Virus record (IMG/VR): IMGVR_UViG_3300021399_000127
Location: 33,691-97,690 of that record
Direction: 5' to 3' (one strand)
DNA: 64,000 nt
DNA from: a virus
Taxonomy: Duplodnaviria; Caudoviricetes
Below, in pieces: positions 25,801-36,211 of this stretch. Each line of letters begins with the position of its first letter. Within the stretch, counting starts at the first letter, position 1. The position numbers and the translations under genes are program-made. Below the pieces are notes generated by a model. It had not been told where the DNA came from. It saw only the letters and a list, made by a program, of their open reading frames with translations, and searched no databases.

Positions 25801-28800
25801 TGTAAAACGTAACGAGGTTGTCACTAAAGCTCTTTCTAAAGTATTAGACAAGAAAGAGAAGAACAAAAATCGTATAAGCGTAACAGAATCCATATTTAAG
25901 GATATAATAGATCATATATCTCGTATATCGAATGGCAAGCATCAGATTGATGTAAATAAACTTCCCGATATGACATTGGATTAGTTCGTACAACTTATAT
26001 GTTGTGAAGATGTACAGTTTCTTACAAAAGATGCCGCACAGTATATAGACGAAGTAAAACAAAAACGATTGTATAATATAGCAAATACGCTTGACCCGAA
26101 TGAGATCCATGAACGACTTACTGATGCGATGGAGTCATTACATCGATAGTTGTCTAGTAAAAAAAGAACGTCTATTACTGATACTCGTAGGAAGCAGATT
26201 CATGAAACGCTGAATAAAATAAGAACTGCAGACACTATTGTACTAATGAATGACTTTTTAGGACAAGCTATTGAGAGTCTTGGTATTCCTAATGAGACTG
26301 ATAATACGATTCCTAAAGATTATACTCCAAATGATCTAGACTCACATCCGCAATCTGTGTGGGGAGCTTTACTAAAAGCTAAAGAAAACAATTACGCAAA
26401 TGTAGATCCTATGTTTTTAATGGATGAATTTAGATTTAGTATAGGTTTCTACGAATAGACGATGAAACTTCTCGAAAGTTTTATACATAATACTGGTATC
26501 TTAGAGCAGTATATGTCTGACCAACAAGCAGGAGAAATACGAGAACAAGCAGATAATCTAAATAAAATTCTTCGTACAGTAAAGTCCTTATGGAGAGACG
26601 CTGTGTTTACCGTTGGAGACCAAATTGTTGACAATTCTATCGATGAGTTTGTTACAGCAGAAAAACAAGATAAAGAATCTATGAAAATTGTATATAAAGA
26701 TTGGCTTCATAGGAATCTTTATTATGGCGATATTAATCTTGCACAGAAATTGGCAGCCAACTATGGTAGACATCAGAACGGTATTGTAAAAATGGCGTTT
26801 ACATTGATAGGAGAAGCTAATACCAAAACATAGTTACGTTCGTACAATGAAGCTGTAGAAATAGACAAAGCGTTCAGTAGATGCAACAATGCTATACGTA
26901 AATCTCTTCCGTTCTCATGGCAAGATATGTTTATGGAACGTGATAGAAAAGGCAGGTATACTGGAAAATTTGCAAGAAAACTCAACTTTGGATAGTATGA
27001 CCAAGATTTGGACTAGTTCGTTTCTGAGCTCAATAACAAATTTGATCAGGACTACGGATACCATTATGTATACAATGCGTCTGGAGATTTAGTGCGTTCA
27101 GATAATCAGCAACTAGCAGAAGATGAACCATGGGGCGACAGCATGACTAGTGATGATTGTCCTGTATGTATAAAGTATCTCAACGAGATTAATAAGTGGA
27201 AGGGCATTCATTGTCACAGAAGATATACTGCTAATTATTATGGAGAAATGTTATCTAGACCGATAACAGCTACTCATAAGCAAGCTGGGGAACCATATGT
27301 GGATCTTCCGCACGGTCTATCTCCAAAAACATACTTTAAGTATAACAGGTTACAAGAAGATATAAACTACATATTGAACGATTGCACGGATCAAGATACT
27401 GGTTTTGCTAGGCCTGAATCACTTGAACCAGAAGATAAACTTAGGCTAGATCGTCTTTAGAAAGAGCTAAGAGATCTAAGTAATCCATTTGAGGACGATG
27501 GTTCGTTAAAGGAAGACGAAAAATATCAGATAGCCATAGAATTATGCTCTTGGTAGACGTGGATAGGTAAAAAGTTGAACACTAAAGTTGACATATAGGC
27601 TTTTGAAGACGAATGTTCAAAACTTTCTGGTCAAGAGTTGGAAGATTTTGTAAAATACAATTCTTATTGGGGAGTACACCCGCAATACAGTGAGCAAATA
27701 CCATATGCAAATATTCCATAGGACATAAGGGTTCATGAGATGGATCTTAGAAAGTCTGCTTTGTTACGAATGCCTAGTACGACACGTGATTTGTTTAGAG
27801 AATTATATCAATATAGGTTTAGTGGTGAGTTTTGGAAAAATTGTAGGGACTGCGATCAATATATTGCAGATAACAAACTCAGACAAAATTTAACAACACA
27901 CGATAGATTTGCGGACCGGTTTTATAGAGAATTAGTTCCGTATATAGACGAATATGGTAACTACAGAACTGTTACTGGATAGGTAATGACGCCTCAACAG
28001 TATGGTGCGCTTGTAAAGTAGTATAGGGAACATCACGATGATTCGTCTAAACCACTTGTAGTATTGCCTGAATTGTACTCTTTTAAAGATTATATAACAG
28101 ATCTGTATGTACAAGAGGCGTTACAGAACGGAACTATACCTGGATTTAATGATAATGACAACGTACCTGTATCGTTCTCTGGTATGAGCGAAAATGATAT
28201 ACGTATGAGAGTAGAATAGTTATTCACGTACGTATATAATTATACTGATTATGATGGAACTCCTAGATCTGAAACCAGACCATTGAGTGTATTTGTTACT
28301 AATCAACCATCCCACAACGTATTTCTTTCAGCAGATAAGGATAATAACGTTAATGTAGACCATGTTGTTATAAATGTACCTATAGGAAGATTTAGCACAA
28401 AGGTAGATAACGGAAATAATCTCGTAGATGGCGAGTTTGATCCACAGCTTCGTGAGTCAGAACAACCTGTTCGTTTCGATGCAGATGGTAATCTGCTATA
28501 TGATAACTCTAAAGCATTTAGTAAGCTTGGTGAAATAGGAACTCCAGATAGGGATCTGTACGAACTTCTTGTCGACACGATGAGAAAGAAATACCTGCAG
28601 GCGCATCCTAATGCAACTAGGTATGATTATAGGCTACCGTAGATAAACGCATCTAATAGTTAGATATTATCTAGAGCGCTAAGGATAGGTATTAAGGATG
28701 CGTTCTCTAGTGTTATCGAATCAATATACGCAGTACAAGAAAACGATACCGATATGAGAACGGAAGAGTCTTATATTATAAACCCAGACGGTAGTAAGTC

Positions 28801-30892
28801 TTTAACTCTTCCGAGAAGATTTGATTCTTTACTTGAAGATCCGTAGCACATATCTAAAGATGTTGTAGCAGGAGTTAAAATGTATCTGTACATGTCTAAT
28901 AATTACAAAGACATGTAGGATATTGAGGCATAGCTAAACATGTTAGAGTATAACATGAGAGATGATATTAGGCAAACTCCTTTAAATCATAGCGAATATG
29001 GTTTTAAATCTGCAGAGAGATCTGATGAAGTAATGAAACGTATGATAAACACTCATGTATACGAGGATCAGTCAGCATGGGGCGCAGATACGCCAATGAA
29101 AGTTGCCATTAGCAAAATACACAAACAAGTGAGCAAATATCTCGTTTTGCAACTCTTGGCATTTAATGTAATGTCTGTAGCTACAGGTTTTGTTGATCAG
29201 ATGAGTAGGTTGTTAACAGTTGCTTTTTCCGGTAAACTATTTTCTCCTATAGATTTCATATATGGACTAGGATCAACTATATACCACACACCAGCTATGA
29301 TATGGAATATGGGCAAGTCATATAACAAATAGGGTGATAAATTGGTAGGAACAATGGCTGCACTTGGAATTGGGGCTGATTACAAAGAAATTGTTGAATA
29401 TACGTCGAAGAGTCAGCTTAGAAATGTTGTTGTAAACTCTGCTCTTGGTGCATATTCTATGATGGATTACTATGGTTCTTCTACGGCTCTTGTAGCAATG
29501 ATGAGACAAAGGAAGTTTTACGATGGAGGTGTTGTACCAGCTGGGTTTTACACATCATATGAACTTTAGAATAAGCTTAAAGATGCCGGAATGTCCCCAA
29601 TGGAAGCTAGAATACATGCCTATCGGTCCAGACTTATGTCACACACTACAATGTGGGGTGCTGTAAAGATAGAACCAGGAGGCAAATTTGTTGTAAAACC
29701 AAAATGGTAGCAATACATAAAGACAAAAGATATATCTCAGCTACGTAAATCTGCGTTACAACAAGGTGCGTTATTTGCTGGTACCAATCCTAAAAACGAT
29801 AAGCCGTTTATAAACATAAACGCACTAGGTATGGCTTTAACCGGCATGCGCGGATGGCTTCAACAGAGTTTATAGTGGCAAGGTCTTTTAGATGGTATAT
29901 AGGATGATACATCTGTACGGGAGTTTGAAGAAAAAGAAGAGGAAGTCATACGGCATGGTAAAACTACAAAGAAGGTTAAGCTTAAGCGTAAAGGTAGAAC
30001 GCCTGAATAGAAGTATAGAAGGTTCTCTTGGAACTTTGAAATGGGAATGCCAGACGACAACGTACTGACAAATGTTGTACGTAGTATTCCTAGAGTAATA
30101 CGTTCGTTTTGTGATCTTGTGACATTTAACCTTGGAAAAGCGTCAAAAAGGATATCTTATTCAGAGCGTAAGGCTTGGAGAGCTTTGATCATGTATGTAG
30201 CATCTATAGTATTGATAGGATAGACGATAAGTCCGTTAGTAGATTGGGCCAATACAGCACCGGCTCCACCTGCATATAGTACAGCCAAAAAGCTTAAATC
30301 ATACCAGACTCATGATGCAGAATACGCAAGAGAACAATCTGCTGCGTTTATGCCTTGGGAAGATGAATATTATGACTATCAAATTTATAAACTATAGGTT
30401 GCGACTATTGCAATGCGTACCTATCAAAACAAAATGGATGGTATATCACCAATAGCAGCAATGGATGTTATCAAATAGGCTGCAGTGACATATTCTGGAT
30501 ATGATAGAGCGCAAACAGCTGCTACAGAATGGTTGTTGTGGAAAACAGGCATTTTACCAGACGAAGAAGGAGAAATAATAAAACAGGGTTCGTATAAAAA
30601 CTTCTCAAAAGGAGAACGTGATATACAAATGTTAGTCCCAGGTCTTAGAAACATACACACTTCATTTAGTCATTATGGTGTGCAAAATAACCTTAGGTGG
30701 TATCTATAGACGTTTGGTAATCCTGAGTTTAAAGATGTCAAAATCAACGATAATAGACCTGTTGAAAAGAAGGCAAAGAATAAGAAGAAAAAGACAAGTA
30801 AAGAAATGAATTTCGACAACGATATGAATTTTGATAACAACATGAACTTTAATAACGATATGAATTTTGATAATGATATGTCATTTGACTAA
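22856..30892 (+). CDS. Large virion protein of the RNAP/cargo block (~2678 aa, TAG=Gln) with zincin-like domains
   Basis: ATG 1 nt after the previous TAA; track ORFs 23498 to 30485 share this frame; ends TAA 30890-30892. N-terminal CPNL...LAPNGAESKLF motif typical of crAss-like giant proteins; HEYTH at 24662-24676. Confidence 0.8.
30806..30889 (+). repeat. 18-nt coding tandem repeat, about 5 copies (MNFDND)
   Basis: Encodes MNFDND MNFDNN MNFNND MNFDND MSFD directly before the stop codon. Confidence 0.9.
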
Positions 30893-30927
30893 CACGACGT
30901 ATCAATAGTAGTTCAATATGAAAAATT

Positions 30928-30970
30928 AAAAAATAAGGAGATAACACAGAAATGTGTTACCTCCTTTTTT
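30928..30970. terminator. Bidirectional intrinsic terminator between the convergent late and replication blocks
   Basis: AAGGAGATAACACA-GAAA-TGTGTTACCTCCTT hairpin with an A-run on the left and a T-run on the right. Confidence 0.85.
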
Positions 30971-31448
30971 ATTTATCAACTATAGACCCGTTATAGTCTC
31001 CAGCTGGCAATGTATTGTCGTCTGTCCACGATTCCTTATTAGAATAATACAAACGATTTTGTAATATATATTCTAACAGTTCAGCGTTATCGGTCCCCCA
31101 AAAATCTAATATTTTCAGTTTGTCGGTACAACTTAATGAAAAGGCGTGCTCACCAACAATATCAGATATTTTAGGACTTACCCAATACTTGTATACGATA
31201 ACAGGAGTGCCGCTTATATAGCGTACAAACCTGTTTTTCACCGTCGCTTGCCTTGAAAATCTTATTGCTCTATCAATGCTTTGTTCTGTTCTAACATCGT
31301 CATTGTATGCTAAAAAGACTTCTTTTTCAGAAGATGGTCTGTCTTTATCGTGATAAAATATACCAATAAATCCAGATTCTTCTGAAAAATCTTCTGGTTT
31401 AAACGAATCGTCTAGTAGTGCTATTAGCGACATGTCTGTACAATTCAT
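30969..31448 (-). CDS. Hypothetical protein
   Basis: 159-aa ORF tightly packed in the replication operon. Confidence 0.75.
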   Translation of the reverse strand: MNCTDMSLIALLDDSFKPEDFSEESGFIGIFYHDKDRPSSEKEVFLAYNDDVRTEQSIDRAIRFSRQATVKNRFVRYISGTPVIVYKYWVSPKISDIVGEHAFSLSCTDKLKILDFWGTDNAELLEYILQNRLYYSNKESWTDDNTLPAGDYNGSIVDK

Positions 31449-31451
31449 GCC

Positions 31452-32417
31452 TTATAGGTCTAAATGTTCAACACCGTTGTTTTCGTAATACTCAATTGAG
31501 TGATCCCATTTGTTATTGTCAATATGCCACTTTATCTTATGCAAAGTGTCAACTATAGTATCTTTTCGTGCAATAATTTGATCAAATGTCAATTCAAATA
31601 CACGAACATCGCCTGGAAGATTGTTACCAACAGCTACAATAAAGAATGAGAATGTCCAGTCCTCTGGATTATCTTTTAACTCATTCTCTATATACCATAG
31701 TACAGCCATGTAATAATAGCATAGCTGTCTACAATAATCAAACGTCTTCATAGAATCTTCAAACTGCCATAAATGGCTTGTGGTCTTCAGATCTATGATT
31801 GTACAATGCTTCTTCTTCTTATTAATCTTTATACGATCTAACAAAGACTTACACTGTACTCCTTCACATTCCCAATTGATGTGGAACTCACTATGTATCT
31901 CTTCATCTTCATCTCTATCTAAGATTTTGAATGCTGCAACATGTTCTTTTGCCGCATATAAGATGTCGTTACACAGTTTATAGTCCCATTTGCCTATAAG
32001 AATCTTTCCTGAGTTAGTGGCATCGATATAAGGAGTTAGCTCTGAGGCTATTTTAGAGGCCTCTGACAGCATCTTCTCCTCTGACTTACCAATTATACTA
32101 TAACTCTTCTTATAAGCGTCTAGAAGGCGTTTTTCGGGCTCTATTTCAACACTATTAGCCAACTCTCTACAAAACGCATATTGGTTTGTAGATGCTGGCT
32201 TTATTCCTTCATATACCATGTAGTCTTTATCAAACTCATTTGGTTGTAGAATGAACTCGTGTATCATAGTACCCCTTCTCAACGATGTTGTATCAAGATC
32301 AGGAACTTGATCTGTGAGATGTCTGTGTAAATAGGCTGGACCTTCTTTTAGGTACCAGCCTATATTGCTATTACTTATACGAGACATATCCTCGTAATAA
32401 GGAATATTAATTTCCAT
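31452..32417 (-). CDS. PD-(D/E)xK exonuclease (RecE / exonuclease VIII, DUF3799-like)
   Basis: ISNSNI, RGTMIHE, CKSLLDRI, IIDLKTT and YCRQLCYY motifs. Confidence 0.85.
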   Translation of the reverse strand: MEINIPYYEDMSRISNSNIGWYLKEGPAYLHRHLTDQVPDLDTTSLRRGTMIHEFILQPNEFDKDYMVYEGIKPASTNQYAFCRELANSVEIEPEKRLLDAYKKSYSIIGKSEEKMLSEASKIASELTPYIDATNSGKILIGKWDYKLCNDILYAAKEHVAAFKILDRDEDEEIHSEFHINWECEGVQCKSLLDRIKINKKKKHCTIIDLKTTSHLWQFEDSMKTFDYCRQLCYYYMAVLWYIENELKDNPEDWTFSFFIVAVGNNLPGDVRVFELTFDQIIARKDTIVDTLHKIKWHIDNNKWDHSIEYYENNGVEHLDL

Positions 32418-32835
32418 GGTTACTTTGCATTTTAATGTCTTCGATCATGGCGTCTACTTGCTTATGATTTCTCACAAGATAACATACAGATTTACTGTTA
32501 TGTCTTTTCAAGTAGTGTTTGAAGAGTTTGTATCTTAATGGGAAGGAATCACCCATTAGACCTTTACACTCTACTATGAACTTATAGCCTTTATATTGAC
32601 CAATAAAGTCTGGTAGATATGTAATAGGTCGTATCTTTTCTCCTAAATACTCGAATTTGTTTAACAGTACAAAATGCTTTGGCTCATATTTCACGTTGAT
32701 TCCAGCGTTCATAAAAGCTTCATAAGTATAGCATTCGAGTTTGCTTCTGAAATGTATACCATACTTATCGACCTTTGTCGCATTTCGTACTCTTCCTTTA
32801 CTTTCTACGGAAGACTGTTTTGAAGATGTTTTCAT
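32407..32835 (-). CDS. Endonuclease (DUF1064 / T7 endonuclease I-like), possible Holliday junction resolvase
   Basis: FRSKLE, YEP, TYLPDF and IVECKG motifs. Confidence 0.8.
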   Translation of the reverse strand: MKTSSKQSSVESKGRVRNATKVDKYGIHFRSKLECYTYEAFMNAGINVKYEPKHFVLLNKFEYLGEKIRPITYLPDFIGQYKGYKFIVECKGLMGDSFPLRYKLFKHYLKRHNSKSVCYLVRNHKQVDAMIEDIKMQSNHGN

Positions 32836-32968
32836 ACAAATTCTTTCGTAAATCGTAGCTCAGCTGAATGTTCTTCATATCTGCATCATACAGCTGTTTG
32901 AGAGTATAGATGTTAGTAGCAGCAAGTGCTGCGCATAACATTGTCAATACAACATCAATTCCGCTCAT
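32798..32968 (-). CDS. Small hypothetical membrane protein (56 aa)
   Basis: MSGIDVVLTMLCAALAATNI... fills the gap between primase and endonuclease; below the track cut-off. Confidence 0.45.
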   Translation of the reverse strand: MSGIDVVLTMLCAALAATNIYTLKQLYDADMKNIQLSYDLRKNLYENIFKTVFRRK

Positions 32969-33932
32969 ATTTATTTAGTGTTTTATCAAGCCATTCTTTT
33001 ACTATATTAAACCCACAGTTTGCTACAGCATCAGATATGTCTTTTGAGTTAAACTTCTTGTTGACGAAAAATGCATCAAGTCCATACTCTTTACTATAAG
33101 TACGAGCTTTTAGCATACCTGTTCTGTCACGATCATAAAGAATCAGTATATGTTTATACTTTTTCTTTAGTTTATCCAGGATTTTAGTAGGTAAAAATGT
33201 AGTTTCGCTTGAAGGAGATACAGCATCGTAACCCATCTTGTATAGCACCATAACATCCTTTAAAGATTTTGTTATGATTAATAGGTTACGTTGTCCTTTT
33301 GGTAGTTGTTTAAGACCTTGTATGTTTTCAGTTGTCACATTAGCTCTCCATTTTGTGTATTTTGTATTAAATGGACGATAAATCTTAAACTTATCATCTA
33401 TCTTATACGCATACATCGGATTACTATCTTTATACACACCAGATACAATGTTGTTACATAAGAAATATTTTATGCTAAACACTTGAAACTTCTTTAAGGT
33501 TTCTGTATCTATTCCGTACTGACCCCAATAGTTTATATCGGTATCAGTAAAAGGTTGTCTTACAATGCCTATATCTGCTGAGGAATAAGATGCATATTCT
33601 CGTGTCACGCCTCTTGTGCTTTTGGGTGCTTGAGTACGTAGTATCCTCAGTAGTTCTTTTTCAAGATCACCAGGTCTGGTAATATGTTTATACTCTTTTA
33701 CAAAAGTAACAACATTACCAGATAGACCTATACCGTGATCTTTAAACATCAAACCACCGTTTCGTCCTTTGAATACAGCAAAACTTGGTATTTTATCATC
33801 TTCCCTAAATGGGCTGTTATACAATTTACCCACCGTGAATTCTCCTAAATAATAACGATATATGTCATAATCGTCTAATTCGTTTAGTATATCAGTGAGA
33901 ATTCCTAATTTTGCTGTTTTAGTACTATACAT
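32955..33932 (-). CDS. DNA primase (DnaG-like, Toprim)
   Basis: SPFREDDKIPSF and FKDHG in the N-terminal domain; ITKSLKDVM and LYDRDRTG Toprim motifs. Start placed at MYSTK. Confidence 0.88.
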   Translation of the reverse strand: MYSTKTAKLGILTDILNELDDYDIYRYYLGEFTVGKLYNSPFREDDKIPSFAVFKGRNGGLMFKDHGIGLSGNVVTFVKEYKHITRPGDLEKELLRILRTQAPKSTRGVTREYASYSSADIGIVRQPFTDTDINYWGQYGIDTETLKKFQVFSIKYFLCNNIVSGVYKDSNPMYAYKIDDKFKIYRPFNTKYTKWRANVTTENIQGLKQLPKGQRNLLIITKSLKDVMVLYKMGYDAVSPSSETTFLPTKILDKLKKKYKHILILYDRDRTGMLKARTYSKEYGLDAFFVNKKFNSKDISDAVANCGFNIVKEWLDKTLNKYERN

Positions 33933-34333
33933 TATCCGTGCTTTTCTAACCAATCAACGCCCTCCTGAAAACCCCACTTAAAGGATTGTTCGTGACAATA
34001 CTCACCATCAGCATATTCTTCTGAATATCGTTTATCACAAGCATCGTCTATTGTATTTACCCATTCAACACCAGTCCTTATTTGTGGTGTAGCTTGGTTT
34101 TCAAATCCTTCTTTGATTATATTATACAGTTCCTCATACGTTGGAAATATACCATTTGAATCAATCGGATAGCCTTTGTTTATAAGGAACATCTTCGTTT
34201 TTGTTTCATCAGATTCACTTTGTTTCTCAAGCCAATCTATACACTCTACAGCATTTTCATAACCCTGCTCTGCAAAACCTTTAAGAAAGTCGATAGTAGT
34301 CTTTCTTAATCTTTCATCGTCTTTATTGTCCAT
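33932..34333 (-). CDS. Hypothetical protein
   Basis: 133-aa ORF with a repeated DWLEK motif. Confidence 0.7.
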   Translation of the reverse strand: MDNKDDERLRKTTIDFLKGFAEQGYENAVECIDWLEKQSESDETKTKMFLINKGYPIDSNGIFPTYEELYNIIKEGFENQATPQIRTGVEWVNTIDDACDKRYSEEYADGEYCHEQSFKWGFQEGVDWLEKHG

Positions 34334-34351
34334 ACTATTTACATATTATAA

Positions 34352-34840
34352 TTAATCAATCATGAAATAGTCGTTTAACAATTGCCTATTCTCTTTGATA
34401 AACAAATCTCTTTGTTCTGCTGTATGAAATGATATAGGGTTGTATGTAAGACAACTAACGTCTAGATTAAGACTACTACCTAAACGACACAATGTGTATT
34501 TATGTACCTTAGTGTCTGTCCACTCTTTATCTGTTATTTCACCACCAAAACGATCGTCGTTTTTTATGATTTGGGTAATCAGAGCATACGCTTTTGCACG
34601 TTTTGCTTGTTTTTTAGTAGCAAATATACAGATGTCAAGAGGATTCTTAAAACAATTCCTGACAAGTGTTTCTGACATCATATATCCCTCCACGTACGCG
34701 TTATGACACTTCTGTTTGAGACTTTCAAGCCAAGAAAGACATTTCTTCTTGAACACTATGTTTGTAAAAGTACTTTTTTCTGTATCTACTTCATACCCTT
34801 CTGGGACACTAATCTTTACCTCTTTTGTTTCTTCGTTCAT
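34352..34840 (-). CDS. Hypothetical protein
   Basis: 162-aa ORF; VPEGYEVDTEKST N-terminus of a type seen in Bacteroidota phage proteins. Confidence 0.75.
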   Translation of the reverse strand: MNEETKEVKISVPEGYEVDTEKSTFTNIVFKKKCLSWLESLKQKCHNAYVEGYMMSETLVRNCFKNPLDICIFATKKQAKRAKAYALITQIIKNDDRFGGEITDKEWTDTKVHKYTLCRLGSSLNLDVSCLTYNPISFHTAEQRDLFIKENRQLLNDYFMID

Positions 34841-34869
34841 GGTTTATAAACTCTAAGTTAAACAATTAG

Positions 34870-34941
<72 letters not shown>

Positions 34942-35090
34942 ATATGTAGGCACCGGATTCTACTTCTACCGATTTCACAAGATTCAGAGTCGAGTGAACT
35001 ATCAAATTGTTCTAGCCTACTCATCTATAACTTACTTTTAGTTGCAGTTCGCGATCTGAACTAATTTCTATTATAGATGTTTTATATTTG

Positions 35091-35722
35091 TACCACTAGC
35101 GGGATTCGAACCCACACGGACATTTCTGTCCAACAGATTTTCCTACTACTCTATGTTACCATAGCCAAACAAGTCTTATGTAAGGATTACAGATTCGAAC
35201 TGTACCTCTATCATCACAATAGAATGCGCTTACACCATCACCCTATGCTTGTTTGTTGTAGTCTGGAATACATCATTACCATATTGAAATTCTAGCTAGA
35301 TATACACTACTTAGACAGCGTGTTTAATTAGACATATCTTTATTAGAGTTAATTATTCTCTGTAGGAATTGCCATATACTCCAAATGTTCTGTTCGTTAG
35401 TATAAATTTCAATTTAGGTATCTCCTATATGAAAATAAAAGTGACACAGAAAATCAGCACCTCTGTACACTTCAATGCAAGAAAGGGGATTCTACGCAGC
35501 TGATTTGTTCTCATAGACCGATTCTCTATTCTTGTTTATTCTCAATTTAGCACGGTGTTATCCTTATACTGATTAATATGCCTTACGTAAGTTTATCTAT
35601 GCGTATAGGGATTCAAACCCATCGTCGTTTATAGCTTTATCCACTTACTTCTCATGCCGATATGGACTTTCACCGTTTAGAGAAATTTAAATCTGCTACA
35701 TTACCAATTCTGTCATAGTGGT
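35091..35722 (-). tRNA. tRNA-Leu(TAA) interrupted by a group I intron (exons 35722-35689 and 35141-35091)
   Basis: Joined exons give a perfect ACCACTA/TAGTGGT acceptor, GCAGA-TTTAAAA-TCTGT anticodon arm, long variable arm GGACA-GAAA-TGTCC and GGTTCGAATCC. Confidence 0.9.
35142..35688 (-). ncRNA. Group I intron (547 nt, no ORF) in the tRNA-Leu anticodon
   Basis: 5' exon ends in U and the intron ends in G. Pairings seen: P3 TTTCTCTA/TAGGAGA, P4 CGGTG/CACCG, P8 TACC..TTGAAATT/AATTTCAA..GGTA, S-like GATGTATTCCAGAC, P9 CTATG-GTAA-CATAG. Confidence 0.85.
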
Positions 35723-35809
35723 ATGTGTGGCAGGCTTGTTAATTCCTGCCACTAAGATTTATTTATTAATTAAAAATTTACAACTATGAATTAAATTAAA
35801 ATTCAAAGT

Positions 35810-35894
35810 TGGTTGTAATCAGGCGGAGATTCGAACTCCGCAATCCGTCAGCTATCTTTTAGAGTGACCGCCATAACCTCTAGGCTACTGATTC
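35810..35894 (-). tRNA. Atypical tRNA with CTCTAAA loop; candidate amber suppressor (CUA)
   Basis: AATCAG/CTGATT acceptor, GCC/GGC D-stem, GCGGAG-TTCGAAT-CTCCGC T-arm, ends ACCA. The anticodon arm GTCA-CTCTAAA-AGATAGC-TGAC has 7 extra nt. Confidence 0.55.
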
Positions 35895-36076
35895 ACCACT
35901 GACCATTTATAAACAACCACATCACGGACAATGCATTATCATTAGAGCACCGTGAAATGTGGACTTGTCTCTCTATACTACGCTCAAAGCCATTATATAG
36001 ATCCTATATTTATTGGTTGTCAGTACCAGAACATTTAAATAAATAGTTTGTAATTATGAAAACTAATAAGCTATTG

Positions 36077-36119
36077 TAGTATGGAGGGGAATCGGACCCC
36101 TCTACAACCATTCATACTC
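36077..36119 (-). ncRNA. Minimal tRNA-like element (acceptor stem plus T-arm only)
   Basis: AGTATG...AGGGG-TCCGATT-CCCCT-CCATACT. Confidence 0.5.
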
Positions 36120-36211
36120 CAGGGATTTACTAGATCCCAGCTCCACCATGTTGCTCATACCACCATTTGATGGTTAATCGCAACAGTTCTGTGTGACTTA
36201 AGCCACTAATA

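Noticed and set aside
2338-30660. - strand track ORFs opposite the late genes
   Set aside because: Antisense shadows with F/S/L-rich composition and no motifs.
30806-30889. CRISPR-like array
   Set aside because: Contiguous in-frame 18-nt repeats without spacers; no cas genes.
1-30892. Dozens of short + strand ORFs as separate genes or a decayed pseudogene region
   Set aside because: They share frames and are broken only by TAG; code 15 gives five abutting genes with intact catalytic motifs.
35142-35688. Homing endonuclease within the intron
   Set aside because: No ORF of adequate length; peripheral loops are short.
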